In this document: piece by piece, positions 13,301 through 26,800 of the stretch | Layout of the letters: every line of letters starts with the position of its first letter | How positions within the stretch are numbered: position 1 is the first letter of the stretch | DNA from: the human T2T-CHM13v2.0 reference genome, Homo sapiens | Length of the DNA: 64,000 nucleotides | Reading direction: 5' to 3' (one strand) | NCBI RefSeq assembly: GCF_009914755.1 | Contig: NC_060946.1 | Program-made: the position numbers and the translations under genes | The notes under the pieces: model-generated | Told to the model about the DNA's origin: nothing | The model's database searches: none | The model's input: only the letters and a program-made list of their open reading frames with translations

Positions 13301-16061
13301 GCCCCGCAAGGATTCACACCTGGCCTGCCCCACCCCATCCTGGACTGCTCTGCACCACCACCTCCGGCAGAGGGGAGAGTTCCCGGCTTCTGCTGACTCC
13401 GAGGCAGCTGGGGTTTGGGTGGGACCCTGGAGGGAGCATGCTCCGAGCTCCAGCTTTGAAACACAACTTTGCACACAGCTGGGTAAAGCCAGGGTGGGCA
13501 CAGGGATGAGGGGGCTGCTGCCTCCCACTGCCCCTTCATTCAGACTCCACACCCCGAGCTCGGAAGCATGGAGGCTGCTGGTGGTGGCTGAATGGATTTC
13601 CATGGCGAGTCGGCTGCTCCCTCCCAGGAGCGGTGGGGGGATGGCTGCCACTTCCCGACATGTGATTTGTTGCCACCCTGGGCTTTGTCTCCGGGGTGAG
13701 GGAGCGAGGGAGCCTTATTTAATAAATCCACAATTTATATTTAATAACAACAGTGACAGTCCAAACATGGCCTCTGGTTGAGTCCTGTGATTTATGCAGT
13801 TGCCCCCAGAGACTCTGCTGGTGACGAGGCCGCCTTTGCTTGGGTAATGAATCTCCGGAGCTGGGCCTCTAGGTTGTGAGCAAGGCTGAAGACTCCTTGC
13901 CCCGGTGACTGAGAAACCCTATGGGGGTCTCAGGAGGCTCTTCCAGGCCCAGCCCTTCTGCTCTGGGTGGGTAGGCGGACCACTGGCCTGGTGGTCAGTA
14001 AGAAGGCAAGAGTGAGTGTTGGGGGACAGGGTTATCCTGGAGCTCTCACTGAAGTCCCCAGGGCCATGGCACCAGGCACAGCAACTCCTCTCTGACCTTT
14101 AAAAGTCGTTATGGCAGAGACTTGAGTCATCGCTTAAAGGCCCTTCGAGCCCCTCAGGCTGCACCGGGTCCTTGAAGCTACAGCAGAGTGGGATGGAAGG
14201 CCACAGCTGCGTGCCAGGCCTAGAGTAGTCCCTTTGTGCCTTGTTCCTGGCCTTTCCTGCTGTCTCAGGTCAATGTGGACACCCTCTCTACAGATGAGGA
14301 TGCTAAGGTTTTGGAAGGTGAGTGTGGGGAGCTGGGATTCCCACCCAGTGCTGTGTGGCTCCTTGGCCTTTCCACACACTGAGAGGCTCCTGGAGACATG
14401 GAGCTCAGCCTGGAGTGCAGGGAGGGGGACAAGGAGCAAAGCAGGTGGGGAGGACTCACACCCCGGCACTGCCTGGCTCTCATCCTGTCCTGCTGGGCAA
14501 CAGATGCGGTGGCTGCTTCCAGTTTCTCGAACATTCCAGTCTTCCTCCTGCCTCAGGTCTTTGCCCATGCTGTTCCCTCTGATCCCAGCTTTTTGCCCTG
14601 TGAGCACTGACTCCTCCTTCAGATCTCACCCAGGTGTCACCACCTCAGGGAAGTCTTTCCCGCTCCAGCTCTAGGTGCTCAGCACTGGGCCTTGTGGCCC
14701 ACGCTTTGTGGCACCTGATTCATTCTGTGCTGACACATTCATTTGTAGGAGGATTTCCCAAGCATCTCTCCCCTCCACAAGCATGGGGCTGCATGCCTGG
14801 TGCCTAGCACAGGGAATAGGAAGCAGGAAAGAGAAGAGAGTGAGAACGGGACAGGCGGCAAGACTCAGAAGGAGTGTCAGGGATCACGGAGGACTTTCTG
14901 TGGGGGTGGGGGTGGCATAATCCCTGGGTGTGGAGGACCAGCTGCACTGTGGCCTCCGTGGAGTGGGCCACTTTAGGAAGAGGGACCAGCAAGAGCAGAG
15001 GCCAGGATGTGGGAAGGAAGGACAGGTGTGGGGATGCAGGAGGGTACTGTGGCCAGGGTCCCCTTGGACGCAGTGCTTTGTGGGAAGAGTACTGGGCAAG
15101 CGGTTGGGGCAGTTGTTGTGTGATGCTGATCCAGCCAGTCATTGTGCCTCCCCAGGCCTCAGTTTCCCCATTTGTAAAATGAGAGGAAGGGACTAGAGGT
15201 CCTTTCCTACTAAAGGAAAGGCTGATGCCCAGTCACACGGCTGGATGAGTTGTTAGAAGCTGTCCCTGCCTGGACCTTCAGAGCACCCCATGTCTGCAGG
15301 AATAGGGTTACGAGGGGTAACAGCCTCTGCTTCTGATGCCTCTCTGGGCTTTTGGCACCAGGAACTGCACTTGCACAGAACCAGTGGCTTATGGGAGAGA
15401 AAGAACCAAGAGCAGGATCCAGAGTGCACTGCAGGGGTGTTGGCATCAGGGCTCCAGCTGTGAAGGTTGGTGAAGTTCTCACAACATGACAAAGAGGGAG
15501 TGGCTTGTCCCCACCCTACAGAGCAGGGCTGGAGCCTGGTGGGGTCCAGGGGCACAGCAAGGAGGAGGTCACTGAGCTGGGGTGCCAGCCTGGGGTCTGG
15601 CGTCGGAGGCCGTGTTCTCTCCTCTGTGCTGTTCCTGCTGCCAGGAATCCCATGGGAAGAAGATCGGTGTAGGCTGGGGAGAGCTTGAGATGGGTGTCAG
15701 GTCTCAGAACCACCCCAGTAGGCAGAAGCTTTGGGGAAGTTGAGTTTGGCTCCAAGAAATAAGAAGCCTTTGCTTCCACGTCTTATCTCTGGTCCCTGCA
15801 GAATGTCACTGAGAAAGAACCATTTTGCACTTTTTTTTTTGGGGGGAGTCACAAAGTGTTGAGATTAGACGCCCAGATTCCTGTTGTGAAGTCCTGGGTT
15901 TAAATTCCACTCTTTAACTTAGTAGCTGGGAGCTTGGGCATGGACTAACTTTTCATTGTCATTGCAAGTATCAGAAACACAACTTAAGTTGCCTTAAGGA
16001 TGAAAAGGAGTCTACTGGCCCATATTAAGAATTTCAAGCTTGGGTCTAGCTTCAGGTATAG

Positions 16062-16484
<423 letters not shown>

Positions 16485-17296
16485 TAGTCAGGTTTCTGGA
16501 TCTTCACACCGGTGGCCTCTGTGGGTGTCCCACCCACAGATGTATCCTTATACCAAGCAGGTCCCTGGCATTTAGAGGCATTCAGTAAGATTTGTCCATA
16601 GGTTGATTGAATGAAATGAAGTCCAGCCTGGTAACAGTCCAGCCTGGTGTGAGTTCTGGACCCAAAAACCAGCTTCAAATTTCAGCTGCACCAACTCCTG
16701 TAGCTAAGATCATGGACAAGTCAGCCTTTTCTGAGCCTTGGTTTGCTCACCTGTAAAATGGGGCTACCCATAGTACCCTGCTTAGATGGTCATTATGAGG
16801 GTGAAGAGAGCCACTGCCTGTAACGTGCCCAGCACATAATGAGCTCTTGATGCGTGGGGATCATTGAAATCATTACTGTTGTTATTATTTCAAAGTTGAG
16901 CATTTGTTGCAATCCAAATAGCTGGGGGACTGTGTCGGGAAATGAGAGTCTATTTCTTTCTCTGGGGATGACTAGGTCTGCCTCTTCGCTGTGCTCCAGA
17001 AGCCTCGGGGTGCAGGGAAATATGAGTGGAGTTAATTAAAGATCTCTGGCTCCAGCAGCAGGCCCAGCCCAACCAGAGCCCTCAGAACCGCACTGCTCTT
17101 GGCTGGCTGGTGGTGGGTGGGAGCTGAGGCCCTCTTAGGGCTCCTCTGCTAGGCGGGGCTCCCAGAGGGTAGACTGTCGGGTCCCTAGCAGCTCGGGGGT
17201 GGCATTGTGCTCCCTGTCTCTCCCATCTTCATCTCTCTTTGTCTCTTTGACTTAGTCTTTGTCACCTTATGACATCTTCAAAACCTCAGAGGCACA

Positions 17297-19295
17297 CAGA
17301 GAGAGAGAGAGAGAGAGAGACAAACACAGAGAGAAAGAAAGGGAAGAGAGGGAGGGAAAGAGAGAGAAAGGGAGGAGAGAGAGAGAAAGGGAGGAGAGAG
17401 AGGGAAAGAGAGAGAGAGAAAGGGAGGAGAGAAAGAGGGAAAGAGAGAAGGGGAGGAGAGAGAGAAAGGGAGAGAGAAAGGGAGGAGAGAGAGAGAAACG
17501 GAGGAGAGAGAGATAAAGGGAGGAGAGAGAAAGGGAGGAGAGAAAGGGAGGAGAGAGATAAAGAGAGGAGAGAGAGAGAAAGGGAGGAGAGAAAGGGAGG
17601 AGAGAGAGGGAAAGAGAAAGGGAGGAGAGAGATAAAGGGAGGAGAGAGAGAAAGGGAGGAGAGAGAGAGAAAGGGAGGAGAGAGAGGGAAAGAGGGAGGA
17701 GAGAGAGGGAAAGAGAGAGAGAAGGGGAGGAGAGAGAGAGAAAGGGAGGAGAGAGAGGGAAAGAGAGAGAGAAGGGGAGGAGAGAGAGAAAGGGAGGAGA
17801 GAGAAAGGGAGGAGAGAGAGAGAAAGGGAGGAGAGAGATAAAGGGAGGAGAGAGAGAAAGGGAGGAGAGAGAGAAAGGGAGGAGAGAGAGAGGGAAAGAG
17901 AAAGGGAGGAGAGAGAGGGAAAGAGAGAAGGGGAGGAGAGAGAAAGGGAGGAGAGAGAAAGGGAGGAGAGAGAGAGAAAGGGAGGAGAGAGAGAGAAAGG
18001 GAGGAGAGAGATAAAGGGAGGAGAGAGAGAAAGGGAGGAGAGAGAGAAAGGGAGGAGAGAGAGATAAAGGGAGGAGAGAGAGATAAAGGGAGGAGAGAGA
18101 GAAAGGGAGGAGAGAGAGAGAAAGGGAGGAGAGAGAGAGAAAGGGAGGAGAGAGAGAGAAAGGGAGGAGAGAGAAAGGGAGGAGAGAGAGAGAAAGGGAG
18201 GAGAGAGAGATAAAGGGAGGAGAGAGAGATAAAGGGAGGAGAGAGAGAAAGGGAGGAGAGAGAGAGAAAGGGAGGAGAGAGAGAGAAAGGGAGGAGAGAG
18301 AAAGAAAGGGAGGAGAGAGAGAGAAAGGGAGGAGAGAGAGAGAAAGGGAGGAGAGAGAGAAAGGGAGGAGAGAGAGAGAAAGGGAGGAGAGAGAGATAAA
18401 GGGAGGAGAGAGAGAAAGGGAGGAGAGAGAGAGAAAGGGAGGAGAGAGAGATAAAGGGAGGAGAGAGAGATAAAGGGAGGAGAGAGAGAAAGGGAGGAGA
18501 GAGAGAGAAAGGGAGGAGAGAGAGAGAAAGGGAGGAGAGAGAGAGAAAGGGAGGAGAGAGAGATAAAGGGAGGAGAGAGAGAAAGGGAAGAGAGAGAGGA
18601 GGAGAGAGAGAAAGGGAGGAGAGAGAGATAAAGGGAGGAGAGAGAGAAAGGGAGGAGAGAGAGAGAAAGGGAGGAGAGAGAGAGAAAGGGAGGAGAGAGA
18701 GAGAAAGGGAGGAGAGAGAGAGAAAGGGAGGAGAGAGAGAAAGGGAGGAGAGAGAGAGAAAGGGAGGAGAGAGAGAGAAAGGGAGGAGAGAGAGAAAGGG
18801 AGGAGAGAGAGAGAAAGGGAGGAGAGAGAGAGAAAGGGAGGAGAGAGAGAGAAAGGGAGGAGAGAGAGAGAAAGGGAGGAGAGAGAGAGAAAGGGAGGAG
18901 AGAGAGAGAAGGGAGGAGAGAGAGAGAAAGGGAGGAGAGAGAGAGAAAGGGAGGAGAGAGAGAGAAAGGGAGGAGAGAGAGAGAAAGGGAGGAGAGAGAG
19001 AGAAAGGGAGGAGAGAGAGAGAAAGGGAGGAGAGAGAGAGAGAGAGAGAGAAGAGGAGAGAGAGAGAAGGGAGGAGAGAGAGAGAAAGGGAGGAGAGAGA
19101 AAGGGAGGAGAGAGAGAAAGGGAGGAGAGAGAGAGAAAGGGAGGAGAGAGAGAGAAAGGGAGGAGAGAGAGAGAAAGGGAGGAGAGAGAGAGAAAGGGAG
19201 GAGAGAGAGAAAGGGAGGAGAGAGAGAGGGAAAGAGAAAGGGAGGAGAGAGAGAGAGGGAAAGAGAGAGAAAGGGAGGAGAGAGAGAGGGAGAGA
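17297..19295 (+). repeat. ~2 kb polypurine VNTR/microsatellite, units like (GA)nAAGGGAGGA (~15-21 bp)
   Basis: Almost exclusively A/G on the + strand, with recurring variants GATAAAGGGAGGA and GGGAAAGA. Confidence 0.97.
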
Positions 19296-21326
19296 ATATG
19301 AATGAATGAATTTGATTGGCTCACTTGAATTCCTGTGCCAGGCCAGTAGCCCAGTAGCAATTGGCTGCCCTTGGTCTGATCAGCTGTGTGTCGGGGGGCG
19401 GCAGGGTATGTAGGTCACACCAGCTGTCTGTCATGGGGAGTGGGGGTCACTGGGGGCCCCAGAGGACAGAAGAGTGGTGGGAATTTCTGGGAAGGAGATT
19501 TCAGCTTCCAGACCAGCTCAGACACTACCCCTGATGGAAGCTTCCAGAAGACCCCAGGCCAGGTTAGGGCCTTCTCTGCGCCCTGTCCCCTCTGCTGCCC
19601 TGTCAAAGGTGCTGGCTGTATTGTCATCGTCTGGCCAAATCTGCTGCCACCATCAGTCCCTGGGCTTGTTGTGAGCAGGGGTCAGCCTGGTTCATCCCTG
19701 TGGCCCTGCGCTGAGCTCAGGGCTGGCACACGGTAGTCATTCAGGATGTATTGTATTCAGTGAATGAGTGAATGAGTGAATGAGTGAATGGAGGAGAAGA
19801 GGAAAAGCTCCTAGCACCTCCCTGGTTGGTCATCATCGGATTCATATTCATTTTCCTCCCAGCGTAGACCAGCTCTGACTTGCTGGGAAGGGGCCCCGGG
19901 TGCGCGCTCCCGCCGCGGCATCGTGGTGGGGAGAGGCTGGCTCGGCGCCTCCGGCTGCGGCGGATGGAGCGCGCTAGTGCGCCCTGCACATTAGCATGCT
20001 GAACCCACGTCTCTCGTAAGGTGTTAATTAAATTTCTTCGAAGTATATTGTCTGAAAAAAAAAAAGGATAATTAGAAAGATGTCTTTAAAAGTATTTATG
20101 TAACTGATATGGCACCGCTTTTGGTTTGCCGCATAATTAGATTTAAACACAACTCCTCGAGCAGCATACTCATTTGGAGAGAGCTGCTGTTGAAATGTCA
20201 TTGCGTTGTTTTTAAGAGTTTTGAGCCTGGTAAAACCATTCACCTGGGGAGGCAACGTGTAGTGGAGACCGCACTGGATGGAGAGCTGGGGTCTTAGCCC
20301 ACGGGGTGCCGGGAGCCAGGGTCTTAGCCCACGTCCACATTTCTGCACTGGGGTGCCCAGGGCAGCTTGCTCAGCCCGGCTGGATCTTGGCATCCTCGTC
20401 TGTCAAACGGGAGGGCCACGATAGGCTCCTGAGGCACAAGAACCTACATTTGTGCCGCTTTTTAAAATGTTATTTTTGCTCAGTGAAGTAGCTTCGTTTT
20501 ACAGATGTGCAGACCCAGGCTGTGGAAAGCCTGGTCTTCTGACTCCAGGAGTGTTTTCTGACACAGCCCTGGAAGGCCCTTGGTCTAGAAATGATCACAC
20601 TGTCTTACGGTTTTGAGAAATGGACTCCTTTCCTTTAGGGTCTTTATTTCACACATTCTCCTGAAACTCCCCCTCCCGTGCTGCTGTCCTGCGACGGCGG
20701 ACGTGCGCTGCACAGCCCGGGCAGTCGTCCTCATCGCCCGACCACAGGCTTTACTCCATGCGGTCTCAGTGGGGGCCATAGCGCCCCTAAAGGGTAAAAT
20801 CTGGTGCTTGGGGAGTGAAGAAAACGTCTTGCTCTTCTGTCTAAAGCAGAGGTGGATGTGAGGTACCTAAACACACGTACGGCACCGCTGTGATGCCGTA
20901 CTAAAGCTTCATGGGAGGGAAGTGAGTAGGGGAAAATAAAAGACATCTTGAAGAGGCCACTCTGGCGGTGATAACGAACAAAAGGCTGGAAGCTGTGCAG
21001 CACCTCAGCTCGGAGGGCAGATGCTCACTGCACCCACTTCTCACTCCCTTTAACCTTCCCAACAGCCCCCCAACCCGACGTTTCCATGTTACAGACAGGG
21101 AAACTGAGGCTTGGGGGCCAAACATGCTTTGCCTGGCTAAAGATGAGAGAAGTCAGGATTCGGGCCGGGGTGGACCCCTGGGAAGGCTGGGCGTCCAGTC
21201 CCTGGTCTGGTGGATCTGAGTGGGATTGATGGGGCTGTGAGCTGTGGTGGATGGGGCTGCAGACACACCACCCGCAGGCTCGCGGCTCCATGGCCTCCTG
21301 ATCCGCAGTGTCATCTCTCCCTGCAG

Positions 21327-21508
21327 GGTGGACCCGGTGCCTCACGATGCCCCCAAACCTCCAGGCTATACCCGCTTCGTCTGCGTCTCTGATACCCACT
21401 CGAGGACGGACCCCATCCAGATGCCGTATGGCGACGTGCTGATCCACGCTGGGGACTTCACTGAGCTGGGGCTCCCGAGCGAGGTGAAGAAGTTCAACGA
21501 GTGGCTGG
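21327..21508 (+). CDS. MPPED1: MPPED1 exon 3 (182 nt), metallophosphoesterase motifs I (SDTH) and II (AGD)
   Basis: Acceptor ctccctgcag|G and donor G|GTAGGT. Encodes VDPVPHDAPKPPGYTRFVCVSDTHSRTDPIQMPYGDVLIHAGDFTELGLPSEVKKFNEWL. Phases match exons 2 and 4. Confidence 0.97.
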
Positions 21509-21848
21509 GTAGGTCCCTCCTGCCCCGGGCGGGCGGCTGTGCTGAGCAGGAAGGGGGCTCCCGCCAGCTCCCGAGGCTGCCTGCCTGCCTTTCCCTCCTG
21601 CGCTGCCCGGGCCCCCTCCTTGGCCTGTGCCTGCCTGGTCACCCTCCCTGACCTCTCAGAGCAGGTGCCCCTTTCTCTCCCATCCACCTTGGACCTCTCC
21701 TCCTCCAGCATCTGTCTTGGTTGTGACTTTCCATTTGTTTGTGGGATTTTTTTTTTTGGCCTGGAAGACCCCCTCCAAAAGGGACTTTGCTCATGTCTTT
21801 GTCCATTTATGTGTCCAGGCCCCAGTGCCTGGCAAAGGTAGGGCCTCA

Positions 21849-22253
<405 letters not shown>

Positions 22254-23579
22254 CTAGCTCAGTCACCCACTGCCATGGAGATGGTTTCTCCAGGGGCCAG
22301 ATGTGAGCAGCTGCTGGTCTCGGCAGCAGAGCCCTTTCCCATGCACTGCGCCATGGTGGGTGATGACTTATAAGCACATCCTCTGGGTTTTGTCTTTGTG
22401 CTTTTTTTCAAAAATAAGAAATAAACCTAGGGGACCCCCTGGGAAAACTCGCTTGCCTTGGAATCCAGAGAAATCTCACAGTGAGGCATCTCTGTCCCCA
22501 CCCGGGGAAGACAGATGGATGGCCCCTGTGCAGCCCAGCACCCAGGCCTGCTGCCGTGGAGGCGTGGGTGCGGGGCCGCTCACCTTCCTGCGCAGCCCCA
22601 CGTGGCTGCCAGACGGTCCCTTCCGCCTCCCCAGGGGCGTCCCGCTGTGCAGTTGGCTGGGACTGCACAAGCAGAGGGCCAGGAGTGAGGCAGGGCAGCC
22701 GCGGTGAGCCAGGGGCCCGACTCTGCCAGGCGAGACAAATATTTACAAGCAAGGCCTTCCCTTCTGTTTGGCAGGCAGAGGGCTTTAAATATTGATTTTT
22801 CAAACGGGAAATTCTAATCAAAGGCCCTGTTTGGGCTGCAGGAAGTGCAGGCGGGGGGACAGGGCTCCTGAAGTCCTTCTCTGGGATTCTCCCCTTGCCC
22901 ACACTGGCTCCAGTTCTGGGCTGCCTCCCAGGAGGGGCCCCTTCCCCGAGGGAGGCTGCTTGTCCCGTCTGCTGTGGGTTTCAAAAGACAGGAGGTTCCA
23001 CTTGGTGGAGTCAAGAGGCCGTTTCCAGGGCAGAGAGGCTGGAGTCGCTGTGGGCCAAGCCCCCGCTGTGTGCCAGGCACGGGGTGGCAGGCTCTTACCA
23101 CCTCTGCCTTGTTGAATTTGGGAACAGCTACTTGAGGTGGCTACCATTTGCGTCCCTATTTGACAGAGGAGAATGGAGGTTCTGAAGGGTGGGGACTGTC
23201 TCTCACACACAGCCTGGCCTTCCAGGTGCCCATGATGGGTGGAAAGTGTGAACTTACAACTTGTAAAGGGGTCTTCCTTTTACAAAAGGTTCTTTCCCTC
23301 AGGCCTCGCCCCTTTGCTGCCTGGAAGTGTTTGCAGATGTCAGGACCCTCACTCAAGGAGGAATGGGCTTCAGACTGAGGGAGGAGGAGCATTTGCATGG
23401 GGGTGAGAGCATGAATCGAAGCCCATTTGCTGCTGGTATTTTGGGAACTCACCCACTGCACAAAGCGAGACACCTTGGTTGGCCGGTGGGCCAGGTCCCC
23501 AGAGTTTGGTGATCATGGCTGAGAGATGGACTGTGCACCTATTTGGTGCGTTTGGACAGGGTCGTTTTTTCTATGAAGC

Positions 23580-23800
23580 TCAGGTTTACTGAGCATTTAG
23601 TATGTGCTGGGTGCTGTTCTATACCCTTCGCATGTATTAGTAACTCATTTAATCCTCCTGACAATGAGGCAGGAACTATTATCATTCCCATTTTACAGAG
23701 GAGAAAACCAAGTCCCAGAGAAGTGAAGCCACTTACCCAAAGTCACACAGCTTGTAAATGGCAGAACTGGGCAGTGGGACCCCAGTGCTGAACTCTTGGT
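23580..23800 (-). mobile_element. MIR
   Basis: tttactgagcatttagtatgtgc...cccattttacagaggagaaaac...cccaaagtcacacagct. Confidence 0.72.
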
Positions 23801-26800
23801 ATAGCTCTGTGTTGCCTCTCCTTCTTGAGGTGAAGCCTCCCTAATTGGAAGTAAGGGTGTGGACGATGCTGATTGGAAGTAAGGGTGTAGGCGATGCATT
23901 TGGAGTCTGGATCTGCTTCCTGCCTGGGTGACCACAGCAGCCACGTGGCCCCTCTGGGCCTCATTTTAAAAGGGGGCGGTTAGGCTCCCCTGCCTCGCAT
24001 CCCTCCAAATGTTGTTTTGAGGCTCTGTTGGAATGGAGGAAAGAATCACCTTGCAAAATGTAAAGTGCTGTGTACCTGTTATGATTGCCCCCATGAACTG
24101 GCGTCTACCAGATCTGGGCTCCCCTGGGTAGGGGTGGGGTGTTGGGAGGAAGACATTGGACCTGAACCTTGAGGTTGAGTTGGCAGGGAAGGCAGTGGAA
24201 CAACACATGTGTTACAGCATGTGGAGTTCCTGAGAGATGTGGACGTGTAGTCTCAGCTAGCAACCGCCCTCCCAACAGCAGACACAGAGAAAAAGAGACT
24301 GGAAAGAAACATTCCGTCATCCTATTGCTGAGCCTCACTGAGAGCCCACGAGGTGCCAGGTGTGTCGCAAGCCCTGGGGTAACAGTAGGCCCTGAGCACG
24401 CAGGGCCCCACTCAGCCTGATGCGAGGGGACGGTGGCTTCATAGCCATGAGGGCGGCACGGGAGCCATTCATTAGAGAGAGCTATGGGGTCTGTCTGGGA
24501 CCCACCTGGGGACGTGTGGTGATGGCCATTCAGCTGGGTGGGCACGGAAGGCCTCCCTGAGGAGGGGATGTTGGGCCAGGCCTGAGGGTGAGAATGAGGC
24601 AGCCTTGTGCAGCTCTGGGCAGGACCCGTTCCAGGCAGAGGACGCGGAGGCTGCAGGGGCCCTGGGGTGGGAGCAGAGAGCACTAGGAGTGTTGGGAAGT
24701 GGGAGAAGCAGGGCAGTGGGGCAGGCACTGGTCCACACAGGCCTCCTGGGCCTCGGACAAGAGTGTGGGGCTGATCCTAAGGGCAGGGGGAGCTTTGGGA
24801 AGGTTTTTGTATGGGGATGACCTTTAGAAAGCTTTTCAAAGGCCATGATGGATTGTAGAACCAGAGTGTACCTGGTGAGGGCTAAAGCTCCAGAATGTTC
24901 CAGAGTCGATGTCTGGGTGGTGGGCTCATGGGGTTTTACCTTCTTCTTTAGGATTGTCTCTCTCTCTCTCTGTGTCTGATTTTCTATAGGGGAGGGGTGT
25001 GTTTTTCTGGTAATTTCAAACAAAGGCAACGCTCCTGGGTGTCTGGTGCCAAGTGTGTCACAGAAGGGATGGGACAGCGCTGGGCCTTGGGTCAATCCTG
25101 GCCGCTCAAGGGCCTCCATGAGCCCCTTCCCCAGCCGACAGGGCGGGAGACCTTTGCACACCCACCTCATCACCTTGCCCACCTCGCCCACCCACTGGCT
25201 CAGCCCCTTCTCCTGGATGAGAAAGTTATAGATTTGAAATTCACAACTTGCTCCTTCCCTGTTCATTGATCTCATGGAAAGCATTTGAAATCATATTCTG
25301 GGAGCCACCTCCAGACAGACAGGAAGAGATTTAAAAAATTAATAAAGACCTACCGTATAAGACAAGACAAGACATCTAACGGGGCTCTGCGTGGTTAAAT
25401 TCCTGCGGACTCTAACTTGCTGTGAGGTGCGTTGCTGTCAGCTCGGCTGTGACTGGTGTCTATGCATTGCCCGTTTGCCGGCTTCTAGCTGGGTCTGCGT
25501 TCATGGGAGGGGGACGGGTTGGGATGAAAGAGTCCCTCTGAGCAGCCCCTTTTCCCCCTTGGCCATTAATATCCCAAATGTATTCATGAAATAGAAGTGG
25601 CAGCTTGATTTGTAAATGTCGAGTAAGCAGCTAAAAGATGGATAAGGACAAGTTCTCCAGCTATAAAGAGTGAACGCAAAAGCAAAACTTGCTGAAAATG
25701 GCAAAGAATGTGCAGGTGGTTCCTTGCTCCTCACCAGCCACAGGGAGCTCACAGCCTGGATGGATCAGTCAGCAGTGCCAGTGCAGGGAGGTGGGGCGGC
25801 TGGAGGCCAGGCAGCTGTCTTCACCCCTGTTTCCTCCTCTTTGCTGTGTTACCTCAGTCCAGTCTCTCAACCTCTCTGTGCCTCACTTGTAGAACGGGGA
25901 GAATTATTTTCTTGCCCCAGGGCTGTGGGGAAGGGTTGATGAATAGTATTCCCACGCAGTGCTTTGCACAGTCCGGGCACCACAGGATCCCTGTCATTGT
26001 GAAACATCTGTCACGGTGAACAACTTGCCACTCCCAGATCCTTGCCCCACACAAAACAGACTCCTCAACTTCAACACCAGCAGCACCATTTCCCTCCAGC
26101 CACACCGTCCAGCTGGACTCCTCACTCGTAGAATAAGCTCCTCTCCCTGGTCCGGGGCCCACGCTCCACTCACCCCTCCAGAGCTGCCCCTTGTGAAGCC
26201 TCCCCCAACCCCGCTGGGCAGAGCTGTTCCCTGCTCCTCTGTACGCCCAGAGCTCCTGGTCTAGGCTCTGCTGGTGGCTCTCGCCTTGCGGCGGGGGCGT
26301 GTCTCCTACCTCCACCGTCAGCCCCTGAAGGGGAGGGTCAAGGCTTCATGTCCAGCGCCAGCCAGCGGAGCCCTGGACAGAGAGGAATGTGCAGCCGTGA
26401 GTGGCATGCTGACCCCGCTGACGCAGCCCTGTCTGTCAGCTGGCCATGGTGACCCCAGCAGGGCAGGGCATGCCTGAATGCCACTGGGTAGGCCACCAGT
26501 AAATGGGGGCTTCAAGGAGGGCAGCGCTGTGACACAGACCAGTGTGAGCCATCGCTGTTGCCACACACGACGTGGGAAGTGATCTGAGAAGACTCAGGGA
26601 GCGTAAGTTGAGTTGGGGTCTCAAGGACGAGGCTAGAAGCTGGGGCCACAGGTGCTCTGGACCTGATGAAATGTGCTAGCATGCAGGCCCCCCTGGAGGC
26701 CAGGGTGCTGAGGGCAGGAGGGGAGGCTGAACACCCAGAAGCACCCTCCTCCCAGGATGCCCTACAGAGGCAGCCACTGACCCCAAGGCCCTGGCACTGC

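Noticed and set aside
17297-19295. Repeat array as CRISPR-like or otherwise 'system-like'
   Set aside because: No unique spacers, only (GA)n length variation. Eukaryotic intron context with no cas genes.
17267-19360. 697-aa minus-strand ORF (and 190-aa plus-strand E/R/G ORF)
   Set aside because: Translation of the GA/CT VNTR. Stop codons are essentially impossible in a C/T-only strand, and the products are low-complexity S/L/P/F or E/R/G.
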